From Lama guanicoe (lineage: Eukaryota), in assembly GCA_013239625.1 (NCBI GenBank), contig MU054338.1:5680724-5744723 (forward strand): a stretch of 64,000 nucleotides of DNA. Direction: 5' to 3'. The notes beneath the pieces are model-generated. The model saw nothing but the letters and a program-made list of their open reading frames with translations. It was not told the DNA's origin and did no database searches. Position 1 is the stretch's first letter. Every line of letters begins with the position of its first letter. Shown one piece after another: positions 1 through 11,753 of this stretch. A program made the position numbers and the translations under genes.

Positions 1-252
1 GAGTATATAAACAAAATTAGGAGTTGGGGATTAACAGATACACACTACTATATATAAAATAGATGAACAACAAGGACCCACTGTATAGCACAGGGAACTA
101 TATTCAATTTCTTATAATAAACTATAATGGAAAAGAATCTGAAAACATATGTGTACATATGTATGTATATGTATAGCTGAATCACTTTGCTGTACACCTG
201 AAGCTAAAATTGTCAATGAACTACACTTCAATAAAAAATAAAATAAAAAAAG
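1..252 (+). mobile_element. LINE-1 3' end with A-rich tail
   Basis: Typical laurasiatherian L1 3'UTR (tatagcacagggaactatattcaa...gctgtacacctgaa...cttcaataaaaaataaaataaaaaaa). Confidence 0.85.
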
Positions 253-1416
253 AGTCTATAAACAGATACACAGTAGATCTGTGGTATTGAACTTTTTTAA
301 TTAAGTAAAAAATGTCTAAAAATGATGGCACCTTAGGGAATAATAATGAAGTACAGCTTGAGAAACTCTGGCCTAGAAGCAGCCACCACTCAGATTTCTT
401 GTGAGATCTTCTAGAAATATTCTAGGCATTTTCAGGCAAATATCTACATTTCCATTATTCCTGTTTTTACATAAATGGTAACATACCATTGGGGGACTTT
501 CTTTTCTTTTCTTTTCTTTTTCTTCACTTTAAGTGTATCTTGGCTCATGATCACTCCATGTCAGCGAACACACCTTTCTGGGTCCTTTTTCAGAGCTGCA
601 TACTATTTCCCTATGTTTCCATGAAATGTAACCAGTTCTCATGGACATTTTGCCACCATAAAGTGCTGCAGTGTACAATGGGTAACTGCATTTACTGTCA
701 TTCACATAGGAGTGATTGTATCAGAAGGAGAAATTCCTAGAAGTGTGATAGCTGGGTCAGAAAGTGTATGTGTTTCTCATTTAGGTAGATATTACTACTT
801 ATTCTGCATAGCGGTTGGACCAGTTTCCTTTCTTATCATCAGAGTAAGAGAGTGCCAGTTTCCCCGGAGCCTCACCAACGTGGGGTGTTATCAAATCTTT
901 CGATCTTTGTCAATCTGATGGGTTCAAAATAGTATTACAGTATAGTTATAATGTTCATTTCTCTTATGAGGTTGCAAATCTTCTCCTGTGGCTAATAACC
1001 GTTTGCTTTTCTTTCTCTGTGAGTTCAAGACTCATATCCTTTGTTAAATTTTCCATGGACTGAATTGTAATATTTTCCTTCTTGATTGTTTCTGAGCCCT
1101 TTATATATTATGGACATTGTCCCTTTGTGTTGTGAGCTATAGTTTATGCCACTTGTCATTTGTCTTTTAAATTTTATTTAATTTATTAAATTAAAAAAAT
1201 TATTTTAAAAATTTTATTTCATTTCTCTTGATATTGTTTGCGTGACTTTTACCTTGTAGATTTTTTTCAATGTTTATATGAAATCAGCTGTTTTTATTTT
1301 TTCTTTTATGGCCTCAGAGCTTTGTGTCATACTGACAAGGAGGGGAACCTTTGGTAAGACAGGAGGTTGGAAGGAGCGTTCTGAATAGAGGAAATAGCAG
1401 GTGCAAAGTCCTGAGG

Positions 1417-2160
1417 TATATTAGTCAGGGTTCTTCAGAGAAACAGAACTAATAGGATGGATACGTAGAGAGAGAGATTTATTTTAAGGAATTGACCCAT
1501 ATAATTGTGGAGGCTGACAAATCCAAAATCTCAAGGGTGTACCGGCAGGTTAGAGACCCAGGAAAAGAGTCTGAAGGGAGTCTGCTGGAAGAATTCCTCC
1601 TTTCTTGGGGGAAGCCAATCTTTTTTCCTGTAGACCTTCAACTGATTAGATGAGGTCCACCCACACTATCAAGGAGTAATCTGTTTTCCTCAAAGTCCAC
1701 TGATTTAAATGTTTATCTTATCTAAAATGTATCTTCTTAGCAACATCTGGACTGGTCTCTGACAAACATCTTGGCACCATAGTCTCACCAAGTTGACACA
1801 CAAAATTAACCATCACAAATCCACACGTTGTCAGCTTGCCACACACACCTCCTTAAACCACACTTAATCTGCAAATAAAGGCAATAAGAAGATTTGCTTC
1901 TTTGCCATTCTGTAATTGAAATACTAAGACATAATGTTACTAATACTTAAATACTTTGCTATAAAGTCAGTACATCTTATGTTAACATGATATGGAGGGA
2001 AGAGAGGAAGACAGCAAAGATATTTCCTTAATACATACGTAATATATATATGTGTATATTTATGTACTAGACACACATATTTATAACAAAACAAGAAAGA
2101 AATACTCATGAAAATCACAGTCCTCACTGGTCACGTGGTCGTGGCTAGTATTGATAACTA
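1417..2160 (-). mobile_element. MLT2-type ERVL LTR (about 1417-1817) with adjoining ERVL internal remnant
   Basis: tattagtcagggttcttcagagaaacagaac ... caagttgacacacaaaattaaccatcaca match recalled MLT2 ends; the following aatccac...ttgtca...cctccttaaacca resembles the ERVL-int 3' end. Confidence 0.75.
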
Positions 2161-2187
2161 CCTCTCAACCCACTTGGGGTGCCCACA

Positions 2188-2581
2188 TGTCTCTTGGCTT
2201 GCTAGGGCTGTCATCACAAAATCCGTAACAGACGAGGTGGCTTAAACAACAGACGTTTATTTTCTCACAATTCTGGAGGCTAGAAATACAAGATCCAGGT
2301 GTCTGCAGGGCTGATTTCTTCTGAGGCCTCTCTCCTTGTTCTGTGGACGGCCGTCTTCTCCCTGTGTCCTCACAGGGTCATCCCTCTGTGTTGTCTGTGA
2401 TACTTTCACCTTTTTAATAAGGACTAGTTGCTTTGGGGCCCACCCTAATGGCTTCATTGTAACTTAACCACCACTTCGAAGAGCCTGTCTCCAAATAAAG
2501 TCACATTCTGGGCTACTGGGGTCTAGGGCACCACCATACTAACATATGAATTGGAGGGGGGACACAGTACAATCCATAACA
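2188..2581 (-). mobile_element. MLT1 (MaLR) LTR
   Basis: gctagggctgtcatcacaaaat...ggtggcttaaacaacagac...tttctcacaattctggaggctagaa...gggggacacagtacaatccataaca are MLT1A/B-like hallmarks. Confidence 0.8.
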
Positions 2582-3800
2582 GTGTGTTGGAGGGACAGAA
2601 AGGTGACAGGTGAGGAGGGAGTGAGGGTGGATGGAGGGAAAGCCAAAGAGATGCGTGGGGAGATCGGTGGAGGGTTCAGAGTTGCCTAAGAATTTGGGTT
2701 TGGTTTTACACCAGAGTGCCCTGGCTACATTTTGCAAAAATCTCTCTGCAGGGGTCTTCCGGAGGGTGAGAGGGGTGGCTGGGACACCAGAGACGAGGCT
2801 CCCACGATCTTCCAGGTGAGCAACGAAGGAACTGAGCTGAGCTGGGAGGGAAGGGAGTGGGTGGATTTGGGGGCATAAGAAGGAAAAAACTTGTGGGTCA
2901 GTATGCGGAACAGGTGGAAGTTGTTGGAAATAGTGTGTCTGGAAAAGAGAAGTGACCAGCCCACTTTTCCTGGTCAGACCTTCCAAGGAGGGTCTGGTAG
3001 GCAGAGACTCCATTCTTTTTTTAAATTTAAAAAATTTAATTTTGATTTATTGTGGTAAAGCACATAACACAAAATTTATTATCTTAACCCTTTTTGATTT
3101 AACTTTTTTCTGGTGGAGGCCCTGGGGATTGAACCCAGGACCTCATGCCCAAGAATTTCTTGTTCACTGTGGTTTCCTTAGATTTCAGGGCAGTGCCAGG
3201 CATGTAGTGAGTGGCCATTGAATGTTTGTGTGAGGGATGCGTGAATAACTTTAAAACCAGAGGTGGAAGAAGTTGGGGATATTGGACTTGAGAGACAGCA
3301 GGCTCTAGGTGTGTATGCGGGCCCGGGTGGGGGTGGGGCTCAGGGTCTCCCGTGCTCTCAGTGCTCAGATGGGGGTGGCAAGCAGAGTGAGAAGGCTTAC
3401 CTACGACTCCTGGGAGGAGATGAGATTTCTAACAACAGACTTGAGGTAGTGAGCTCCCCATCCCTGGGAGTGTGCAAATGGGAAGGGCACATTTCCAGGG
3501 GGTTGTAGAGAAAATTTCTGTCCCAAGGGAGGTTTGGCGCTGGGGGAAATTTAGTCTGGTCTAAATAAGAGTCCTTTGGGTTTCCCAGCAGCCCAAGGGT
3601 GGCGGGACTTTCTGCATCCTCCTCGCTTCCGGTAGCATCTGAGACTCAGCCTGTCCCGCACTCCTTCTGTGTGTGTGGCTGGCAGGGCTCTGACGCGCTG
3701 GTGCAGGGCGAGTCTCCCTGGAGGTCTGGGGTGCCTGGTTTGCTGTAGCCTCGGTAGTTCTAAATTTGGCGCTGCCTCCAGGGGCCTTGCGCTCGGAGGT

Positions 3801-3815
3801 GCTGCCCCCTGGTGG
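3801..3815 (-). promoter_or_regulatory. CTCF core motif
   Basis: The reverse complement is CCACCAGGGGGCAGC, a perfect match to CCASYAGRKGGCRS, in a non-repetitive GC-rich patch. Confidence 0.65.
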
Positions 3816-5723
3816 GAAGAAGGAGCAGTTCCCTTCACTACCTTGGAACCTCCTGGGAGTTCTTGCTGATTCTACAGGTTGAGGCTGCCTGCAGCAGGCA
3901 GGAGGGGAGGCAAGGGTGATGGTGGTGGTGGGGTGTCCAACACTGCATGTTTGTGATCTGGAAATCTGAGACTATCCTCAGCTAAGGATCACCCATTGGC
4001 CCGGGATGGAGCTGGAACCACTACCAGGATGCAGTGGGACAGGGTGGGTGGTCATAGCTAGGGCCTTCACTGCTTCCCACTCCCCTCCATTGTGTGATGG
4101 CAGTTACTGGGGATGCGTGGGGTGGGCTCAATGCTCCAGGAATATACGACTTTCCATTCTGGAAATTCCTGCATAAGAACCAGTGCTGGCAGATGAGTCA
4201 GAGAGAGAAAAACATCAAATGAGCAAATAAAACCCCCAAACCAAGTCAGAGACACATAGAAAGGCTCAGGGAAAGACAAAGACAAGCAGCCTGTGAACGA
4301 TGCTCAGTACATACTGACTGGAGGAAGGGATACATGAATGATCCCTTGGACCTGGGGAGGAGAGGGCCCAGAGTGAACATGGATAAGCTTGGGTGGTTCA
4401 AGCTTATTTTGTTGAGACACTGGGAGGATGTCTCCAGGCTGCTGGCCAGAGGTCCTGATGTTCATTGAGCTGGGGTGGGTGGCATAAAGGCAGAACATCC
4501 TGCCTCCAGCAGGGGCCAGGGTGGCTGAGGATGAAGGCAGAGGGAGGAGAGGGGACCCAGGGCACCCTGTGGGAAGAATGCCCAGCCCTTAATTCTGAGA
4601 GAGGCCTCATAGGGCATCCTCAGGGCAGGTCTCAGTTAGAAACCCTGGGCATGGTGTATAGGAATAAGCTGACAGAGGTCTGGGGAGATGGAGTGAACTT
4701 AGAACAAACTACTAGCAGAATGGAGGGAGATGGGGATGGATAGCCCAGGACAATTGGCTCCTGGGGACTTGTGTGGGGGCAGCAGGAGGGAGCCAGTGTC
4801 CAGGTGGAGCCCCCACCATGGGTATCTATCTGCCTCAGGGTCACGTTGTGCTGGGCAGCCCTTGCGAATGTCACTGACTATGGGTGTCTCAACTAATGAG
4901 ATGGGACCTGGGGATTGGTCCTAGGGGAAGGGTTTCATCCGGGAAATCTGAAAACCCCAGGGTGGGGTGTCCTGGGGCTCACCGTGGGGCAGCCCGGGGA
5001 AAGTGTCTTTGGGGAGGGAGTTGGTGGGGTCAGAACACAGGGGCTGGCTTAGGGCATTAGTGGGGTCATCACATGTTGGTCCTGGGGGCCAGAACCTTCC
5101 TGGGAGGATTCCAGGGGCTGAGGAACAGGGTCAGGAGATGTGCCAAGAGACCATGTGGGAGTATGTCTGGGGGAGATGCAGAGCAAGGGAGTGGGCTGAG
5201 AGCAGAGTGGGCCATCCTGGGGGTTGGTGGGTCTCAGAATACGGTGTTCTGTTGGGGGACAGGGGAATGGTTTGTGGGAATATCTGGACGGAAGCAGTCT
5301 GGGGAAGCAATCACTGGGGAGGGCAGAGCTTAGAGGGTGGATCTTGGTGGTGGATGTGGAGGTTCAGCACTCATGGGGTGATGTCCAGAATATCAGGGTG
5401 TCAGAGAACTTTGGGTAATGGACCAGGGATACCAATGAGGGGATGGATTTGGGGTGCTCAGAATCACGAATGTCTTTGGTGTGGGCTTGGGGAGGGGAAT
5501 CTCAACCTGAATGCCTTGCGGGGCTGGGGTCGTGGGAGAAGAGTGAGACAAGGTTAGGATACGGAGGTGTCTGGGGGGACTTGCCATGGGGGAGGTGGGT
5601 TAGGGAGTCACAACTGAGGTGTCTCAGGGGGTGGATCATGGGAAGTGAGCTGAGGCAGGGCAGAAAGAGGGATGTTTTGGAAGGAAATCAGCCATCAGGG
5701 AGGTGGGTGATTACCTTCCAAGA

Positions 5724-5893
5724 NNNNNNNNNNNNNNNNNNNNNNNNNNNNNNNNNNNNNNNNNNNNNNNNNNNNNNNNNNNNNNNNNNNNNNNNNNNNN
5801 NNNNNNNNNNNNNNNNNNNNNNNNNNNNNNNNNNNNNNNNNNNNNNNNNNNNNNNNNNNNNNNNNNNNNNNNNNNNNNNNNNNNNNNNNNNNN
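5724..5893. other. Assembly gap (170 N)
   Basis: Run of N characters. Confidence 1.
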
Positions 5894-5953
5894 TAGGTCG
5901 GGTGGGGGTTGGGGGGAAAAGCAGGACAACGGAGCCGGCTAGGCAGCAGAAGC

Positions 5954-5959
5954 TTTACT
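5954..5959 (-). terminator. Candidate non-canonical poly(A) signal AGTAAA of ACTL9
   Basis: tttact on + reads AGTAAA on -, about 37 nt past the stop codon, followed by GU/U-rich sequence (ccgttgtcctgcttttcc). No AATAAA occurs before the gap. Confidence 0.5.
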
Positions 5960-5995
5960 GCGCATAACTCCCAGCCACACCCACCCCTGCCCGCG

Positions 5996-7243
5996 TCAGT
6001 AGCACTTGCGGTACACGATGTGGGGCCCCTGCTCCTCATACTGCTCCCGCAGGACCCAGCAGGACTGGAAGGCACGCAGCGAGGCCAGGATGGAGCCCCC
6101 GATCCACACGGAGAGGTTCCTGCTGGGCTGGGCCGCCACCACCACGTGGGCCTCTGGGGGCAGACTGCGCAGCAGCTCAGCGCGGAAGCGGCCCTCGAAC
6201 CCGGAGAAAAGTGAAGAGCCGCCGCAGAGGAGCACGTTCTGGGCCACGTCGGTCCGCACCTCCAGGGGCACCTTGTGAAGACTCAGCTTGGCCATGGTGG
6301 GGATGCCCACGGGCGACAGGCCTGGGATCTCCGGGGGGCTGAACAGCAGCTCCGGGCATTGGAACAGCTCCTTGCCCAGCGTGACCGTCCGCCCGTCGGG
6401 CAGCTTCAGGGTCTGGCGACATTCCAGTTCCGGCCGGGCCTGTTCCTTTAACAAGTCGGGGGCCACGTAGCAGTAGCGGTGCTTGATGTTTTCCACCGCG
6501 TCCAGGTCCTGCTGCCCCAGTGGCAAGCCAGAACCAAGCAGCATCTCCGCCAGGAAGGCGGTCAGGTGGGTGCCCGCCAGGTCCAGGCGCTCTGTGGCAT
6601 GGGGCAGGTCGTAGCCCTGGAAGACGGGCACTGTGTAGGTGACCCCATGGCCCGTGTCCACCACCAGCCCGCTGACCCGCCCGTGCGCGTAGACGGACAG
6701 CACTGACTGGGAAGCCACGTACATGGCGGGGGAGTTCAGCGACTCGAAGGCCACCTCCACCAGCTTCTCGCGGTTGGTGATGGGGCTGAAGGGTGGGTCG
6801 GAGAACAGCAGCGGGTGGTCCCGGGTGGCCACGCGGAGGTCGTGCTCCAGCATGTGGCGCCAGATGAGCTCGGCAGCGTCCCAGTCCACCACGATGCCGT
6901 TGCGCACCGGCCGCACCAGCGTCAGCTCCGGGCGCATGCGGGCTGCCTCCCCGATGAATGTCTCCAGCACTGGCTGCCCCGTGGTGGCCGGCTTCTTGGG
7001 CTGGCAGCCCACGATGGTGGCCACGGTGTAGGTGGGCCGGGCCTGTCCTGCGAAGCCCACCTTACAGGTGCCCGTGCCCATGTCGATGACCACCGCCCCG
7101 GTCTTTGGGGGCAACCTGTCGCCCACCATGTTGGGGGGGTCCAGCGGCAGGGTCTTGTTCACCAGGATTGAGCTGGGGTTGCCAGGCTTGGGGTCCTCTG
7201 GGGAGGCCTGGGGCTCCGGGGGGTCGTGCTGATTTGTATCCAT
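5996..7243 (-). CDS. ACTL9: Actin-like protein 9 (testis actin-related protein), intronless, 415 aa
   Basis: Actin-fold motifs VVIDMGTGTCKVGFAG, VVDTGHG and SVWIGGSILASL, with C-terminus IVYRKCY; closely matches recalled human ACTL9. Start taken as MDTNQ in a strong Kozak context (gcaaccATGg); an in-frame upstream ATG exists at 7354. Confidence 0.96.
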   Translation of the reverse strand: MDTNQHDPPEPQASPEDPKPGNPSSILVNKTLPLDPPNMVGDRLPPKTGAVVIDMGTGTCKVGFAGQARPTYTVATIVGCQPKKPATTGQPVLETFIGEAARMRPELTLVRPVRNGIVVDWDAAELIWRHMLEHDLRVATRDHPLLFSDPPFSPITNREKLVEVAFESLNSPAMYVASQSVLSVYAHGRVSGLVVDTGHGVTYTVPVFQGYDLPHATERLDLAGTHLTAFLAEMLLGSGLPLGQQDLDAVENIKHRYCYVAPDLLKEQARPELECRQTLKLPDGRTVTLGKELFQCPELLFSPPEIPGLSPVGIPTMAKLSLHKVPLEVRTDVAQNVLLCGGSSLFSGFEGRFRAELLRSLPPEAHVVVAAQPSRNLSVWIGGSILASLRAFQSCWVLREQYEEQGPHIVYRKCY

Positions 7244-7384
7244 GGTTGCAAGTGGTTGGATGGGTCCTTGGCAAGGCTGACAGCTTTCCTCTGGGGGGTG
7301 GGGGGTGGGGCGGGGCCCGGAGAGAAAAGGTTGAGGCTGGGCCTGGGGCAGCATAAACAGAGAGAGGGAGAGGGGGCCGGCCGG

Positions 7385-7440
7385 TGGTCTATGACATCAC
7401 TCGGCCCGCTGCCCACTTCAGAAGACCTCACAATGCAGAG
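7385..7440 (-). promoter_or_regulatory. ACTL9 proximal promoter with CRE-like elements
   Basis: TGACATCA at 7392-7399 and GACCTCACAAT at about 7424-7434, 150-190 bp upstream of the ATG. CRE variants are typical of CREM-driven spermatid genes. Confidence 0.5.
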
Positions 7441-9619
7441 TGAGGGTGAGGGGTAGAGGTGGACCCCTCCCTGCTCCAAAAAGCTCCCAGGGTATTTACT
7501 TTTGTGGGTGCCCCTCCCTGACCCTCCCAGTGCTGCCGGCTTTGGAGGAGGAGGGGGTAGAGGGTTTCTGAGGAGGAACTTCTGATCCAGCTCCCTGATC
7601 CAGAACTCAGTGAGACCCAGGTACCCTCTTGGTGCTTTGTCTTGAAGCTATTTACAGTGTAGTACCTGAGAGCTGGTCACAGGCCTCCTTAGAATATTAA
7701 AATATTCTTCCTTAGAATATTAACCAGAAAGGAGTTGGCTTTAGGGTGGCTGTCTGGTTTCCAAGAGGAAACAGAAGCCAGCCCCAGTGGGAGATGGGGC
7801 AAGGAGAGGCACTGACCCTTCAACTCTTCTGCTCTTCCTGCTGCCTGGAACAGTCTCCCCATCCCATTCCTTTTGCCCTTCAAATCTCAGCAGGATACCA
7901 CCTCCTCCTGCAAGTCTTCCCTGGTTTCCCCTCCCTCTCACCACTACACGGTGGTGGTAGGAGGTGTCTACTTTCACTCCATCTACTTCTTCTTGATGGA
8001 AGAGGGTATCCATCGGATACAAAAAGGGGTTGTAATTGTAGATAAAAGGAGGAGCATTTGAGAGGAAGAAATTGCCTCAACCAAGGACTGTGGGCTCCAG
8101 AACACATTGGGAGTTGCTTCAAAACCTGTTTTTGGTGCTGGTAGGTATGACCTGTTAGTTAAAACAAATGAATGAATTAAAACTTGTTTGTGTGTATGTG
8201 TGTGTGTGTCTTTGTGTGGAGTGCTAGAAATCACTGGGACTAGAAAGGCTTCATTTCCTAATTGTGTCTTGATTTACTATCCTGGCCAAAGAGCAAGGTT
8301 GAGTTTTCATTAAATTAATTATTTTGTTTGCAGTTTTTGGAAATGTCCATTTACTTATTTGTTTATTGAGAGTTTGGGCACTTCCTCCTAGGTTTATTGA
8401 GATGTAATCCACATGTAACGGTGTCTAAGTCTAAGATGTACAATGTGTCAATTTTTAAAATTTTATTTTTTTATTGAAGTGTATTTGATTTACAATGTTA
8501 ATTTCAGGTGTACAGCAAAACGATTCAATTATACATGTACACACATATATACTGGGAAGATGATTTCATGATAAATGTGAACTCCAATTTGTAAGGTCTG
8601 GTTGTACAGTGTGCTGAGTGGAGAAACTTTATCAGACTCAGGTAGAAAGCACTGAGATCAATTACTAATGTCTGCCGTGGAATAGAGTGGTGGCATGGCA
8701 CAAGGAATTTGTGATAGTTGATCTACTATATATCAAGCACTTAAAATAGGTCACTTTCTCCTGCTTCTACCCTGGTTCCATCTTGTTGCCACCTGTCTGA
8801 CTCATTTTAAAAAAATTATTTATTTATATTGAGGTATAATTGACATCTATCATTATATTAGTTTCAGGTGTTCAATATAATGGTTCTATGTTTGTATGTG
8901 TTGCAAAATGCTCACCACAATAAATCTAGTTCACATCTGTCACCATTCATAGTTACAAAATTTTTTTCTTGTAATGAGAGAACTTTTAAAGTTTACTCTC
9001 TTAGCAAGTTTCAAATATGCAATGCAGTATTATTAACTCCAGTCACCTGACATTAATTTTATTACAGGAAGATTGTACCTTTTGACCCCTTTTAGCTTTG
9101 GTTTGAACAACAGTCTTGGTAATTCTGCCTTGCCCTTGCCTATGACTTCTTGCAGTGGGCATCCCTGTTCAGAGTAGGCTGGCTCTCTGATCTCCGCCTT
9201 TAACCCTAGCTCTGTCCATGAACATGCAATAAACTCATGACACTAGAACCATCTGTGTCTAGACCATTGTATTTCCTGAGTCTTTGAGGCCCTTCACAAA
9301 TGGAGTTTAGAAGAAGTATCCTGACCCAGGGAAGCTGCCTCCTAGCTGTTCCACTATCATCACTGCCTCATTATTTAATGCAGAAGAAATATCTAGGATA
9401 TTAGATTTTTTTTGAGCATTTGTAGTAATGAATTCCCATATCTCCTCCTCCTATTTAGATCCAAACAGAAAGACTTGACTGTCTATCCAATTATCCATAT
9501 CACTCCTGCCCATCCTTCCTGTGGTTAAGAGATGAGTAAATGTTTTCCCATAATCCTTCAGGGACAATCCAAATATCAAGGGCTCTTGGCTTCCACTGCA
9601 ACTAATTTTCTCTCTAGTG

Positions 9620-9834
9620 GAAAGGGAGACCCCGAGGGGTGTCTGATGCAACAGCTCTCCCTGGGGCCTCAATTTCTAGATGATGACTTCTGTCTTTCAT
9701 AAACAGAGGAAGCCCTGGTTAAGCCCATTATGCTGAAACCCAGGGAGGTTTTATCAGGGACTATCCTGGAACGAGAGATGTTGTCATGCTAATGAGGTGT
9801 TGAGAAAGGTCCCTCACTCTACATGCGGACCCTG
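9620..9834 (+). promoter_or_regulatory. Putative OR2Z1 promoter and non-coding first exon
   Basis: O/E(EBF)-like sites TCCCTGGGG (about 9658) and ACCCAGGGAG (about 9737), homeodomain site TAATGA (about 9790), and donor CTG|GTAAGA at 9834/9835. A matching acceptor ttcttcctgcAG lies at 11732, 21 nt before the OR ATG. Confidence 0.4.
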
Positions 9835-11753
9835 GTAAGAGGGGGTGCGAACTTGGAACCCAGCCTTGTGGTGGTCTTGGGGATCCAGGCATGATTTAAA
9901 AATTAGACATTAGTAGAGTGATGGATGTGCTCTATTCCTTCTGCCTGGAAAAACTCTCCCTTGCCTAGCTGCCAGGAAAGCCCCTACCTGATCTTCAAAT
10001 CTCAGCTCCAGTGCCTCCTCTGTGAAGCCTTCGCTGAGCCCACCCCAGGCAGAGTTTCATCTCTTGGGTACCCAAAGCATCATGCATGTGTGTCTATTAC
10101 ACTGATGATCAGACTACTCTGAAATGACTTGAGAAGTGCTTGCTTTCCCGCTCAAACTCTAAATTCCGTAACTGTAAGACTCAGTTATCTTACTTTCTTA
10201 CATCACTGACTGACTTTGAAAAACGTTGCCAGTGAGGTAGACCATTCCATTTTGGGTTGGATTTCATTGTTAGAAAGTTCTTACTTAGGGTGAACCATAC
10301 AGCTAGCCTCACTAACATCTACCTCCCGGAAGTGGGAAGCAATTGGTTCTATTGCATCCCTCTCATAGAAGCTCTTCAAATATGAGGTCACTTATTGCAA
10401 GAGGCTTCCCTAATCATGCCCAGTGGTATCCCACCCATTTCCTACAGAATGTCCTACTTACTTCCCCTATCCCATAGATCTTGCCCATTTATCTCCTTGT
10501 TTGCCACTGATATCCTGAGGAGACTGTGAAGTTCAGGGAAGCAAGGACTGCTTGGGTGATTCATCTCTATTGAATGCCTTATGCCCAACTCAGTGTGTGA
10601 CTAATTTTGTTGAATATATGACTGAATGGTAGCTTGGGGTGAATGATAGGAAAATCAGAATGGTAGATAATGAAAGACAATCTTGAAGGCCATCTGAGCA
10701 AGAATAGCAGCTTTAGGACAAAGAACTTCAGTGAGACCCTCAATACAATCCATTTGCCCTTAAATGGCTAGTCTTGTTGCTTCTCTAACTAGCTACAGTT
10801 GGGAATGGACATTCTTTTGGTCCTGAATTGTTCATGGTTGGAGTCTTGGGTGATGCATGTTTAGCCAGGGAAATCTGGGTTTGCCTGGGGACTTGGAGAT
10901 TGCCAAGGGAATTAAGTATTTCTAATGTAAGTATGCAGCTCCTGCTGGTCTGGGGTCATCTTTCTTGTCTATCTCATTCACTCAGGCAATATTTATTAGA
11001 TATTCACATTCTTCTAGGCCTGGTGCCTAACCTCAGTTTTTGAAATTGAGTCAGACTACCTGTAGGTCACTTCTCTTCCATCCAATGCAGTGAAGCCACC
11101 AGTAATAGCTGAGCTCATTGATAGCTGTTCCCCCAACCTAACCCCTAGGCCGTTTGATTCCCAACCTCCTGTCATCCTAGTGTCTCTCTGGCTCACACTC
11201 TCTCGATTCTGACCTTCAAATTGACCACAGTGCTGGCCCATCACAGATTTCTCTTTGTTCCAGATTCTCATTCAGGCATTTGGACCCAGGTCCTTCTCTT
11301 TCTTTTCTTGCTTGGTTTGTGGCTTGAGCTCCATCATCCTCTATTTCACCTCCAAGTCTTTTTAGACTCTCACTTATGCTCTGGCCTCAGAACCTTTGGG
11401 ATAACAAATACTGAAATGTTATTCTGGGGCTATGTTACTGCGTTTGGACTTGGACCCTGAAATTGGGGCTACAAGAGTCAGTGGGTAGCTCTTGACTGGG
11501 GTGTGGCCAGGTATCTCATTCAGAGATGCAAGTGACTGCTCTCCTATCCCATGCCTGTGTCAGACATCACTAAAAGATTATCGCTTTTCCATCTAATTTG
11601 AGCTGTGATCTCATAACTCAAGATGGTCCTCCAGGCAGCCACTACCAACCCATGCCCACTGGCAACTGGGATGAAACTTATTTGCCATCCCTATTTAGAC
11701 TTCTTGCCATAGGTCTCCTGTTCTTCCTGCAGCAAAGGTATGTTATGTAAGAC

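Noticed and set aside
4967..5557. 196-aa Gly/Trp-rich ORF and neighbouring ORFs
   Set aside because: By-product of G skew; GTG start, no recognisable domain and no splice support.
5443..6075. ORFs spanning the N gap
   Set aside because: Open only because N codons are not stops.
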